NCBI GenBank assembly: GCA_963814275.1
Contig: CAWFCE010000001.1
Span: forward strand, 195,307-259,306
DNA from: Candidatus Parcubacteria bacterium
Lineage (GTDB): Bacteria; Patescibacteriota; Patescibacteriia; Patescibacteriales; UBA12075
DNA: 64,000 bases
Reading direction: 5' to 3'
The translations under genes were made by a program, and so were the position numbers. Under the pieces are notes generated by a model, which ran no database searches, was not told the DNA's origin, and saw only the letters and a program-made list of their open reading frames with translations. This document shows positions 45,901 through 53,746 of this stretch, one piece after another (within the stretch, counting starts at the first letter, position 1; each line of letters opens with the position of its first letter).

Positions 45901-46714
45901 TACGGCGCGGGATGCGACCGGCCAGGATGTCGCGGGTGTAAATCCTCTGGCTATATCATATAACAGCGGTTTGTATACGAATATTAGCGGTGGAGGGACG
46001 AGTAAATCCATAAGCCCCGCGGATGCTACCGCGGCCGGGGATTTGGAGGCGATCTCGGAGAACACCGCCCGAATCTATCTGAACGGAGCGCCGGCGCCGG
46101 TTGCCGCTATCCCCGTATCCGCACCGGCGGCGAAGACCGCCCGGATCGCCCTACCGGCCAAAAACCGCCAGCTGTATTCGCAGCTTAAAGGCAAGATCAT
46201 GTTGACGGTCGAACAGTCGGGCGAAGCCTATTATATCGATCCGCAGACGGCAGTAATGCATTATCTGGGCCGTCCGGATGACGCGTTTGCCGTTATGCGC
46301 GAGCAGGGTGTCGGCATTACATCGCTCGATCTGCAGAAAATACCGATCGGCCTGGGTAATTTGACCGGTCCGGACAGCGACGGCGACGGTTTGCCGGATA
46401 TGCTGGAAGATGCGATCGGTACCAACCCTGCCGTAGCGGATACGGACAATGACGGGCATAGCGACAAGACAGAAATAGAAAAAGGATATAATCCGCTCCT
46501 GCCGAATGTCAATTGGACGATATCCACGCGTTTCGCGCAAAGCCAGGCCGGGAAGATATTCCTCCAGGTGCAGAACCATGGCGAGGCCTGGTACGTAAAT
46601 CCGGTTGACGGCAAGCGCTATTTCCTGGGCCGTCCGGCAGACGCGTTCAACGTGATGCGCTACCTTGGCCTGGGCATATCGAACGCGAATTTCACGAAAT
46701 TGCAGTCAGAATGA
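42935..46714 (+). CDS. secreted multidomain protein: sulfatase-like, Ig-like, PhoD-like metallophosphatase, TSP3-like Asp repeats, two C-terminal GEAxY..LGRP.DAF modules
   Basis: Signal peptide. IILIITADQRAD and ..TPAASPARASILSG (sulfatase signature with Ala at the Cys/Ser position). GPLVGAVSETGATVWVRT, then GDEDHGN, GHDYGEND and SADLHTGG (PhoD-like). DSDGDGLPD..DTDNDGHSD. Duplicated ~55-aa C-terminal module. Confidence 0.8.
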   Translation: MKVFRRILIVFLLSLVASLPLADVSVRAEEEAAPEAPVAISAAPPNIILIITADQRADTIGPNGVNSEIRTKYGQPLMPNVENRLMSRGAYFPNAYVTTPAASPARASILSGGFLAQNTGVLTNDFPNGGARRFQDRDTVATRLQAAGYRTGFIGSYLDQYEDQNGLVPPGWTEFHAVSGSDGNGNYTMVNGTSGSGSAKGELQAETGSLNDRESELAEEFIDKSAGSPYFLVLSSDALRWPAEPDEEEAELYPDYSYRGRAYGENNISDKPIWEQVQAEKRFNELKESRDQYHRQQLRSLSGVDRMVGGMIDRVEDAGEMDNTVFIYTSTNGYLWGEHKLWGKNGAYPETLNVPLVVSAPNSLPAVMNDLVASDLDVGATILGAAGIERTTDGRNLLPLLDGLTSSWRDEIYFESFSPETGYAGLAGSTYWYTEYINGEKEYYDLAADPYSQNNLTGSAVGEITSMLAASLATRTGMIITTTAVSPAAPGQPYSQSLKAWGQRPFKWSVYEGSLPAGLSLNQDTGIISGTPAVSARQRVKIKADGSALASQAGWPQFHIREFVFRVGESSAAQLTHGPLVGAVSETGATVWVRTGAAAEVQAAYTSDPELESGWNWSDTVTTAAAGDFTAFLPLTGLKSDTVYYYRIYVNDNDETPIPEPRFKTFSYHPSSVTIGLVADFANDPAKTAPAASALKRENPDVVLIVGDEDHGNPGSRDEFRSMYRSNRGAEKQSGQALESDIYSRTPVAYVWNGHDYGENDSDKNSPAKQDALAAYDEYWPSYFRPRPEDGIWQQFKIGDLAEVFMLDVRSQRDPDTYRDPSYVADGERGGNRESLRRDTCRSMLDGDLCPDGMPTGQKAWLKDALWYSSARWKIVVTPSAWNPTTENDDTWWDFRAERLELMAYLKSRNIDGVIFVSADLHTGGAIDNGDNSGYPELSLPDLNLGGEETACRLHGPDRSSDCGVWSQGIVAGGSGYGLLTLSGEEAVITARDATGQDVAGVNPLAISYNSGLYTNISGGGTSKSISPADATAAGDLEAISENTARIYLNGAPAPVAAIPVSAPAAKTARIALPAKNRQLYSQLKGKIMLTVEQSGEAYYIDPQTAVMHYLGRPDDAFAVMREQGVGITSLDLQKIPIGLGNLTGPDSDGDGLPDMLEDAIGTNPAVADTDNDGHSDKTEIEKGYNPLLPNVNWTISTRFAQSQAGKIFLQVQNHGEAWYVNPVDGKRYFLGRPADAFNVMRYLGLGISNANFTKLQSE

Positions 46715-46757
46715 GGCGAATGGCGAATGGCGAATGTCGAATGGCGAATGGCGAATT
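46715..46757. repeat. tandem heptamer ggcgaat (about 6 copies)
   Basis: gaggcgaatggcgaatggcgaatgtcgaatggcgaatggcgaat lies directly after the stop codon. No inverted partner nearby. Confidence 0.85.
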
Positions 46758-46952
46758 AAATCAACCCCTATTTTACAATCGCTCGTATTCTGCGATAATC
46801 TATCCGCTCGATTGATGGCCATAAAAATTGTATAAAAAAGTTACCTGGATAATCCCACCCTAATGAGATCAGTATGTTTCAGATTGGGTGGGTTTTTTGT
46901 TAACTCATTTGTAATAATTCAGTATTATAATTTTAAAAGACAGTGAATATTT

Positions 46953-47243
46953 ATGTATTTAATTAATTCAATTGTCCCCGTGTTCCAGCTGTTTATGGAT
47001 GGTAATGATGGCGGGCATATGTCCGGTTTTGGCACCTGGGGAAATAGCCTGTTTATGTTATTTGGCGGATTAATATGGCTTGCCGTGATTGGCGTTTTGA
47101 TATTTCTGGCCGTCCCTTATCTTAGGCACCAGTCTCCCGGCGGCGGAAGTAAAAGCGCCCTGGATATTTTGAAAGAGCGCTATGCCAAAGGGGAGATCGA
47201 TAAGAAAGAATTCGAGGAAAAGAAAAAAGACCTTGAACAATAA
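46953..47243 (+). CDS. SHOCT-domain membrane protein
   Basis: Central TM. C-terminal [25 protein letters not shown] is a SHOCT motif. Start uncertain. Confidence 0.6.
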   Translation: MYLINSIVPVFQLFMDGNDGGHMSGFGTWGNSLFMLFGGLIWLAVIGVLIFLAVPYLRHQSPGGGSKSALDILKERYAKGEIDKKEFEEKKKDLEQ

Positions 47244-47329
47244 GGCCGGTTTAAATTAAAAATTTTAGATTTACAAATCTAATAATTATTATAATACAGG
47301 AACGCAAAATTATGCGTTCCTGCGGCGTA

Positions 47330-47806
47330 TTAACGGAATATTTTGTTTACCAGGTCGCCGACGAAATGGGTGACTGCTATCACGACTACCGCGATCAGCA
47401 GATGCTCGGCAATCACACGGTGAGGTTTGGCCGATTGGGCGCGGGCGATGAAGTAGCTAAGAAGCGCCAACAGGATGAGACCGTAGGCAACACTAATTAT
47501 GATCGCGGTCTGAAGGGTAAAAACCAGAACCGGCACGATAAAAGTCGATGAAAACGCCAATTTCGACAAAAAGGTCGCTATGGTTGCGGACCAGATTTCT
47601 TTTTCGTTCTTACCGTTATCAGCCTCTTCGGAGATATGGATGCCCAGGGCATCGGAAAAGGAATCGGCGATGGCAATGCTCAAAATACCGCCCAAGACGA
47701 TCATTTTGGATCCGGTGGTGGATTCGAGGCCGACCATCATGCCGAGCGTGGTTATAATGCCGGAGGTCAACCCGAAAGAAAACCCCCGGAACAAGGAATG
47801 ACGCAT
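47330..47806 (-). CDS. VIT1/CCC1-family membrane protein (putative iron/manganese transporter)
   Basis: 158 aa. G...G..T.LG...GL......... I.L.G....IAD.FS.A.G.. pattern and C-terminal TM helices. Confidence 0.65.
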   Translation of the reverse strand: MRHSLFRGFSFGLTSGIITTLGMMVGLESTTGSKMIVLGGILSIAIADSFSDALGIHISEEADNGKNEKEIWSATIATFLSKLAFSSTFIVPVLVFTLQTAIIISVAYGLILLALLSYFIARAQSAKPHRVIAEHLLIAVVVIAVTHFVGDLVNKIFR

Positions 47807-48008
47807 AATAAGACTTATAAACTCTAGTATATTAATTATACTAAAAATACCTAAAAATGTAAAAATTAAAATGACAACTTAAATTCCTAAAATTATTATT
47901 TATTTATAAACCAAGCACAACATTAATAATTATAAATTTGCGTTTTGTATTTTGATTTTTAGACATATAAGTTTATAATAGTAGAACTAAATATTCAATA
48001 TCGACAAT

Positions 48009-48869
48009 ATGCCGGAATTGCCGGAAGTGGAAACCGTGGTGCGCGATCTGCGCCCCAAGGTTTTACGAATCGCCATAAAAAACATAGAAATACTGCTGCC
48101 CAGGATCGTCAAAAACAGACCGGCTGAATTCAAAAAAAATCTGATAAATAACGAGTTCAGCGGGATCGAGCGGATCGGCAAGCTCATGATATTCCGGCTG
48201 CAGAACGGCGGCAAAGCCATGCTGGTTCATCTCAAGATGACCGGCCAGCTGGTATATTGCCAGGGGGAGAAAATTGTCGCCGGTGGCCATGATGACGGAA
48301 CCGACCCCACTTGCCTGCCGGACAAATGGACCAGGGTGGTTTTTCATTTCGCTGACGGCGGTCGATTGTGTTTTAACGATATGCGGACATTCGGTTATTT
48401 ATCGCTGGCGGATACGGACAAATTAAGTTTGATCAGAAGGAGGTACGGCCCGGATCCGTTGACCAGTAAATTCACATTGGCCGATTTTAAACGGACAATT
48501 AAGGACAGGCATACCAGTATAAAAGCTTTGCTTTTGAATCAGGAAATTATTGCCGGGCTTGGCAATATCTATGTCGATGAGATCCTATACCGGGCCGGAG
48601 TCAGGCCGGCGAGAAAGGCCAGTGGCCTAAAAAACTTCGAAATAGAGGCAATTTATGGAGCGGTAAAACCCGTGTTGCAGAGAGCGATCAAGAACCGCGG
48701 GACGACATTCAATAATTACGTGGACGGCAACGGCCAGAGGGGCAATTTTGTCCGGCTGCTCAAAGTTTACGGACGGCAGGGGAAATCATGCAAGCGCTGC
48801 GGAACAGCCATTAAAAAGGCCAAGGTGGCCGGGCGGGGGACGCATTATTGCCCGGTATGTCAATCTTAG
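48009..48869 (+). CDS. mutM: formamidopyrimidine-DNA glycosylase
   Basis: N-terminal MPELPEVE. C-terminal zinf finger C.RCG......(n)..YCP.CQ. Confidence 0.93.
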   Translation: MPELPEVETVVRDLRPKVLRIAIKNIEILLPRIVKNRPAEFKKNLINNEFSGIERIGKLMIFRLQNGGKAMLVHLKMTGQLVYCQGEKIVAGGHDDGTDPTCLPDKWTRVVFHFADGGRLCFNDMRTFGYLSLADTDKLSLIRRRYGPDPLTSKFTLADFKRTIKDRHTSIKALLLNQEIIAGLGNIYVDEILYRAGVRPARKASGLKNFEIEAIYGAVKPVLQRAIKNRGTTFNNYVDGNGQRGNFVRLLKVYGRQGKSCKRCGTAIKKAKVAGRGTHYCPVCQS

Positions 48870-48950
48870 GCAATAGGGTTGTAGGCGGTAGGCAATAGGG
48901 TTGTGGGCGGTAGGCAATAGGGTTGTGGGCGGTAGGGTTGTAGGGGTTGC
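48868..48950. repeat. tandem ggcaatagggttgt(a/g)ggcggta repeat (about 3 copies)
   Basis: Direct reading. It starts at the mutM stop codon. Confidence 0.85.
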
Positions 48951-49042
48951 TTGGATGGGATTAATTGTTATAATTAAATAGTGGATGGATATTGGTTTGT
49001 TAATAAAATTAATTTAGCCCCATTAGCGGGGGTAGGAAATTT

Positions 49043-49630
49043 ATGGAAAAAACTTTGCAAAATCTGGCGGCCGCTTTTATTGGCGAAAGTATGGCCAGGA
49101 ACCGTTATACCATTTATGCCAAATCGGCGGAAAAAGAAGGTTTTATACAATTGGCGGCGATATTTCTGGATACCGCCGACCAGGAGCGTGAGCACGCCAA
49201 ATGGCTGATGCGGATGATCAACAATATTCAGGATAAACAGGGAAAAGGCCGGGAAGAAATCAAAGTTGCGGAAGCCGGCGTACCGACCGCAATCGGCACT
49301 ACTGTCGAGAACCTGAAAGCGGCGATCGGCGGCGAGAACTATGAGCATTCCACGATGTACCCCGAATTCGCCGAACAGGCCGCTGCCGACGGTCTGCCGG
49401 AAGTGGCGGCGCGGCTCAAGATGATCGCCAAGGCAGAAGCGCACCACGAGGAGCGGTATAAAAAGCTCTTGGCCACGGTTGAAAGCGGCTCGGTATTCAA
49501 AAAAGACGAAGAGCTTACCTGGGTATGCCGCAAATGCGGTTATGTACATACCGGCAAGGAAGCACCCGGGGTCTGCCCGTCCTGCGGCCATCCCCAGGGC
49601 TATTTTCAGGTCAAGTGTGAAGAATTTTAG
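49043..49630 (+). CDS. rbr: rubrerythrin
   Basis: Ferritin-like E..EH / E..H pairs, plus the C-terminal rubredoxin motif CRKCG...(n)..CPSCG. Confidence 0.92.
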   Translation: MEKTLQNLAAAFIGESMARNRYTIYAKSAEKEGFIQLAAIFLDTADQEREHAKWLMRMINNIQDKQGKGREEIKVAEAGVPTAIGTTVENLKAAIGGENYEHSTMYPEFAEQAAADGLPEVAARLKMIAKAEAHHEERYKKLLATVESGSVFKKDEELTWVCRKCGYVHTGKEAPGVCPSCGHPQGYFQVKCEEF

Positions 49631-49670
49631 ATTAGGCGGTAGGCAATAGGCAATAGGCGGTAGGCGTAGG
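49631..49670. repeat. ggcggtaggcaatagg word repeat (same orientation as 48868)
   Basis: attaggcggtaggcaataggcaataggcggtaggcgtagg. Confidence 0.8.
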
Positions 49671-49703
49671 TTTATATTTAGTATTATTATTTAACAAGGA
49701 GGT

Positions 49704-50075
49704 ATGTATCACAAAACGACCTATAAAGACCTGGTAGTATGGCAGAAGTCTATGGATTTGGTCGTTGAGGTATATAAATTAACGGCAAAATATCCCCAGG
49801 AAGAAAAATACGGATTAGTTTCACAATCAAGAAGATGCGTAGTGTCAATGCCTTCAAACATTGCAGAAGGTAAGCGAAGGGGTACACTTCCTCAATTCGT
49901 TCATTTCTTGCTTATAAGCTATTCATCAGGGTCGGAACTGGAAACCCAATTAGAGATTGCCAAGCGATTAAATTTCGTGAAACCGAATGATTATGTAAAA
50001 GCGGAAGAACTGTTGGATGAAGTAATGAAAATGCTAAATAAAATGATTAACAATAATCATGCTATAAAGGTGTAG
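49704..50075 (+). CDS. four-helix-bundle protein (23S rRNA intervening-sequence protein family)
   Basis: [11 protein letters not shown]...VY.LT..+P.EE.YGL.SQ.RR..VS.PSNIAEG pattern. Confidence 0.8.
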   Translation: MYHKTTYKDLVVWQKSMDLVVEVYKLTAKYPQEEKYGLVSQSRRCVVSMPSNIAEGKRRGTLPQFVHFLLISYSSGSELETQLEIAKRLNFVKPNDYVKAEELLDEVMKMLNKMINNNHAIKV

Positions 50076-50112
50076 GCAAGGCTATTGCCTGTTGCCTACA
50101 ACCCTATAGCCT
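50072..50112. repeat. inverted copy of the ggcaatagg words
   Basis: The reverse complement of gtaggcaaggctattgcctgttgcctacaaccctatagcc reads ggctatagggttgtaggcaacaggcaatagcc. It overlaps the stop codon of the four-helix-bundle gene. Confidence 0.8.
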
Positions 50113-50119
50113 AAAACGA

Positions 50120-50497
50120 ATGACACAACAAAACGACGTTTATAAATGCGAGGTCTGCGGCAATATTGTCGAAGTCCTGCATGCCGGCGGCGGCGAATTG
50201 GTCTGCTGCGGCGCGCCAATGGTCTTGAAAAAGCCGAATTATGAAGACGCCGCCCAGGAAAAGCATGTTCCTGTTATTGAAAAAAGCGGAGAAAACATCA
50301 CTGTTACCATTGGTGAAATCGCCCATCCGATGGAGGCCGAACATTTTATCGAGTGGATCGAACTCGTAGCCGATGGCAGGGTATACCGGAAGAACCTGAA
50401 ACCGGGCGACGAGCCAAAAGCGTTATTCGCCATAACGGCGGAATCGATCAGCGCTCGTGCATATTGCAATCAGCATGGGCTTTGGGAAAAAAAATAA
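50120..50497 (+). CDS. dfx: desulfoferrodoxin (2Fe superoxide reductase)
   Basis: N-terminal desulforedoxin motif YKCEVCGN..(n)..CCG, plus a neelaredoxin domain (KHVPVI, H.M...H.I.WIEL). Confidence 0.9.
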   Translation: MTQQNDVYKCEVCGNIVEVLHAGGGELVCCGAPMVLKKPNYEDAAQEKHVPVIEKSGENITVTIGEIAHPMEAEHFIEWIELVADGRVYRKNLKPGDEPKALFAITAESISARAYCNQHGLWEKK

Positions 50498-50542
50498 TTA
50501 AATTGCGGCACTATAATCCGGATTCTGATAATCAATATTTTA

Positions 50543-50568
50543 AAAGCGGGAATTAATATCCCGCTTTT
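50543..50568 (+). terminator. intrinsic terminator after dfx
   Basis: aaagcggga-attaata-tcccgctttt. Confidence 0.7.
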
Positions 50569-50697
50569 ATGTATTTACCATATTATTTTAATTTATTATT
50601 AATAAAAATTATGTATTATTATTATGTATGAAACCTGATCTTTGGAATAGTTTCGCACCCGAAATTTTAAAGTGAATAACGAAGTGGGAGGTGGCGT

Positions 50698-50916
50698 ATG
50701 GAAGATATAGACGAAAGCAAGGATTGCTGGCGTATAACAGGAAAAAAAGCCAAATACAGAGTTGTTTGGTGTAGGATCGGCGCCATTATACATGTCAAAG
50801 GACCGGGAGACAGTAAATACACCGAATTTAAAGGTACTAATATACCTGCAAGAGATGCGGACTGGAAAGGAACGCAATTATATAATGAATTTAAAGCTGG
50901 CGGAGGTAAAACGTAA
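50698..50916 (+). CDS. small hypothetical protein (72 aa)
   Basis: SD gggaggtg at 50687-50694. It has its own terminator at 50987-51027. No homology recognised. Confidence 0.4.
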   Translation: MEDIDESKDCWRITGKKAKYRVVWCRIGAIIHVKGPGDSKYTEFKGTNIPARDADWKGTQLYNEFKAGGGKT

Positions 50917-50986
50917 CATACGTTTATCAGGACAATAAAATATGGCGAAGCTAATAAAATCGGCCGAATTCGGCCGGAAATTTTAA

Positions 50987-51027
50987 ATAGCCGTGTCCAG
51001 GGGACTTGACACGGCTATTATTTTTTT
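50987..51027 (+). terminator. intrinsic terminator
   Basis: atagccgtgtc-(10 nt loop)-gacacggctat followed by tta and a T-run. Confidence 0.7.
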
Positions 51028-51142
51028 GTTTAATATAGTGTATAATAGCGTTTAGCCGCTGTTATAGTTATGTTATAAATAATATTAATTTTATCTTAAT
51101 TTTAATTTATTATAATTATAATAATTACGTAACATTACTGAA

Positions 51143-51724
51143 ATGATTTTTACGTTTCCGCAAGTCAGCCAGATGCTCCTTGATTTCCGATATTTTATCC
51201 TTTTCCCCCTGGTGGTTATCGAGGGGCCGATAATTACGATTCTTGCCGGTTTTTTCATGTCACTGGGCAATTTGAATTTTTTTATAACTTACCCCTTGGT
51301 TATCGCCGGAGATTTGGGCGGGGATATTATCTATTATTTTTTGGGTCGGTTGCGCAATGGCAAATTTGCCGTTCGCTGGGGGCGGCATTTCGGAATTACC
51401 GAAAAAAGGGTGGAACAGCTGGAAACCCATTTCCGTAATAACGGCGGCCGCACCCTTTTGATCGGCAAGCTTTCGCACGGGATCGGAGCCGCCTTTTTGG
51501 TTGCCGCCGGGATCGCAAAAATGCCTTTCTGGCGCTTTATCTGGTATAATTTTCTCGGTACCGCGCCTAAGTCGATTCTTCTTTTAGCCGTCGGTTATTA
51601 TTACGGCAATGCGATTACGAAGATCAAAACAGTATTGGATCTTCTGGCCCTGGTGTTTGTTACTGCCGGCCTGGCCCTGTCGGGTTGGTATTATTTCTAC
51701 TATCGCCGCCGTAATAAAAAATGA
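51143..51724 (+). CDS. DedA/VTT-domain membrane protein
   Basis: FPLVVIEGPIITILAGF and GK...G.G motifs. Second DedA paralog in the window. Confidence 0.7.
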   Translation: MIFTFPQVSQMLLDFRYFILFPLVVIEGPIITILAGFFMSLGNLNFFITYPLVIAGDLGGDIIYYFLGRLRNGKFAVRWGRHFGITEKRVEQLETHFRNNGGRTLLIGKLSHGIGAAFLVAAGIAKMPFWRFIWYNFLGTAPKSILLLAVGYYYGNAITKIKTVLDLLALVFVTAGLALSGWYYFYYRRRNKK

Positions 51725-52572
51725 TTATGGGTGAAGAAAAATTTTTGGAACGTAAGCATATCGATACCGAGGCTGGCCAGATATATTATTTTATCAATAA
51801 CCGGCACTCTGGCAGGCCAACAGTCGTTTTCCTGCATGGACTGACCGCCAATCATACGACCTGGTCAATGGCCGCCCGACGTTTGGATGAAATCGGCTAT
51901 AATAGCATTTTGTTGGAAATGCGCGGCCATGGATTATCTGCGCAAAGACGATTGAAGAGACTTTATAAGCTGGCACTTTTTGCCGATGATCTAAACGGGA
52001 TAATCAAACAAGAAAAAATCGAAGATTTCATACTAGTCGGCTATTCATTCAGCGGCGCCGTTGTCCTGGAGTATCTTGACCGCTACAAACCCCGAGTCCG
52101 GTCTCTGATCCTGATCAGCACCAATCATGTCAATCCGCTCATTTACCGCAATATCAGCTTCATCACGCCGCTCGGCCGGCTGGCGGTAAATATTCTGGCG
52201 TATTTGTTCTGGTGGGAGAAAAGGAAAAATTACGAGTATTACCATCCGACAAAATACGACAGCTATTGGAAATCGACCATGCACGGGTTCAATACGATGC
52301 CCTGGTCGGTCAATCTATGGATGCTGGAGCAGACTGTGACGTACGATTATCGGGAAACAGTCAAACGGATCAAGGCGCCAACCCTGATTATTTATACGCC
52401 GACCGACGCATTCGTGACGAAAAGAGAAGTGGAAGATATGGCCGCCGCCATGAAAAACGCGGAAATAGCCGTTTCCAAAAACAGGAGCCACTATATCGCG
52501 TCCGAAGCCCAGGAGGAAGTTGCGGAATTTATAATCAATTTCATAAAAAAGTATGAGAATCGCAATTTATAG
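51721..52572 (+). CDS. alpha/beta-fold hydrolase
   Basis: VVFLHGL oxyanion region and GYSFSG nucleophile elbow. ATGA overlap with the upstream stop. Confidence 0.8.
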   Translation: MIMGEEKFLERKHIDTEAGQIYYFINNRHSGRPTVVFLHGLTANHTTWSMAARRLDEIGYNSILLEMRGHGLSAQRRLKRLYKLALFADDLNGIIKQEKIEDFILVGYSFSGAVVLEYLDRYKPRVRSLILISTNHVNPLIYRNISFITPLGRLAVNILAYLFWWEKRKNYEYYHPTKYDSYWKSTMHGFNTMPWSVNLWMLEQTVTYDYRETVKRIKAPTLIIYTPTDAFVTKREVEDMAAAMKNAEIAVSKNRSHYIASEAQEEVAEFIINFIKKYENRNL

Positions 52573-53746
52573 CGACACATTCTATCCCCAAGTAAACGGC
52601 GTGGCGGACGTCGTCTATCATTCCGCTATTACTTTGGCGGAACGCGGCCATGACGTGCGGCTTTATATTCCCTATGTCCGCCAGGCCTTGCCGTATCCGG
52701 AGGAATTGACGAATAAAGTGGGGGTATACCATTTGCCGTCTTTCAAATTCCCGGGGTATATGGGCGAGAGGATGATCGTGCCCTTTGGCTTCAGTCTGCG
52801 CGATATCAGGCGTTTCAAGCCGGACGTGGTCCATATCCATACGCCTTTCATTGCCGGTTGGGAAGCCGTGATAGCCGCCAGGCTGGCCAAAGCCAAGCTT
52901 ATCGGCACTCACCATACGTTTTATGACCACTATTTGCGGCATATTAAAATGGATTATCGGCCGATGAAAAAATTTTCCTGGCGTTATACGGCTTTTTTTT
53001 ATAACCGCTGTAATATCGTACTGTCACCCACCCGTTCGCTGGCCGAAGAAATGAGGTCATACGGCCTTAGGCGCGATATCGAAATAATCGCCAATCCGAT
53101 CGATACCGGGTTTTTCCTGCCGGCCGATAAAGACAAAAAGGTTAAGATAAAGCAAGAGTATGGCATAGCAGGAAAGTATTTGGTCTATATGGGCCGGATC
53201 AGCTACGAAAAGAACATCAGCCATCTGATCGAGGCATTTTCCCTAATGGCAAAAAGGGAACCGGATCTGAAATTAATGCTGGTCGGTGACGGTCCCGAAC
53301 GGAGCCAGCTGGAAGATCTAAGCGTTAAGCTCGGTTTGGCGGGAAAGATAATATTTACCGGTTATCTGTTTGGCCGGAAATTGTCGGAAGCCCTGGAAGC
53401 AAGCGATGCTTTTATTACCTTAAGCTTAAGTGAAAATCAGCCGATATCGGTACTGCAGGCAATGGCCAGCGGTTTGCCGGTCGTAGCGGTCGCAGCCAAC
53501 GGAATGAAGGAATTGATCGTTGACGGTGTTAACGGCCTTCTTCTGTCCAATGACGACCCGAAGACTGTGGCGGAAAAAACTTTAGGTCTTATAAATAATA
53601 AAAAGCAGTTAAGCGAATTTTCCAGGCTTTCGCGGGAGCTTTCCCGCGGCTATTCCCTGGAGAGCACCGCCGAACAGGTGGAACGAGCCTACCGCCATGC
53701 CTTAAGGCAAAAATATGAACGTGTGCCTTTATTTAGAATTTCTTAA
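52553..53746 (+). CDS. glycosyltransferase family 4
   Basis: N-terminal MRIAIYSD.F.PQ.NGV. C-terminal E..P.S.LQAMASGLPVVA (E-x7-E region). Confidence 0.85.
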   Translation: MRIAIYSDTFYPQVNGVADVVYHSAITLAERGHDVRLYIPYVRQALPYPEELTNKVGVYHLPSFKFPGYMGERMIVPFGFSLRDIRRFKPDVVHIHTPFIAGWEAVIAARLAKAKLIGTHHTFYDHYLRHIKMDYRPMKKFSWRYTAFFYNRCNIVLSPTRSLAEEMRSYGLRRDIEIIANPIDTGFFLPADKDKKVKIKQEYGIAGKYLVYMGRISYEKNISHLIEAFSLMAKREPDLKLMLVGDGPERSQLEDLSVKLGLAGKIIFTGYLFGRKLSEALEASDAFITLSLSENQPISVLQAMASGLPVVAVAANGMKELIVDGVNGLLLSNDDPKTVAEKTLGLINNKKQLSEFSRLSRELSRGYSLESTAEQVERAYRHALRQKYERVPLFRIS

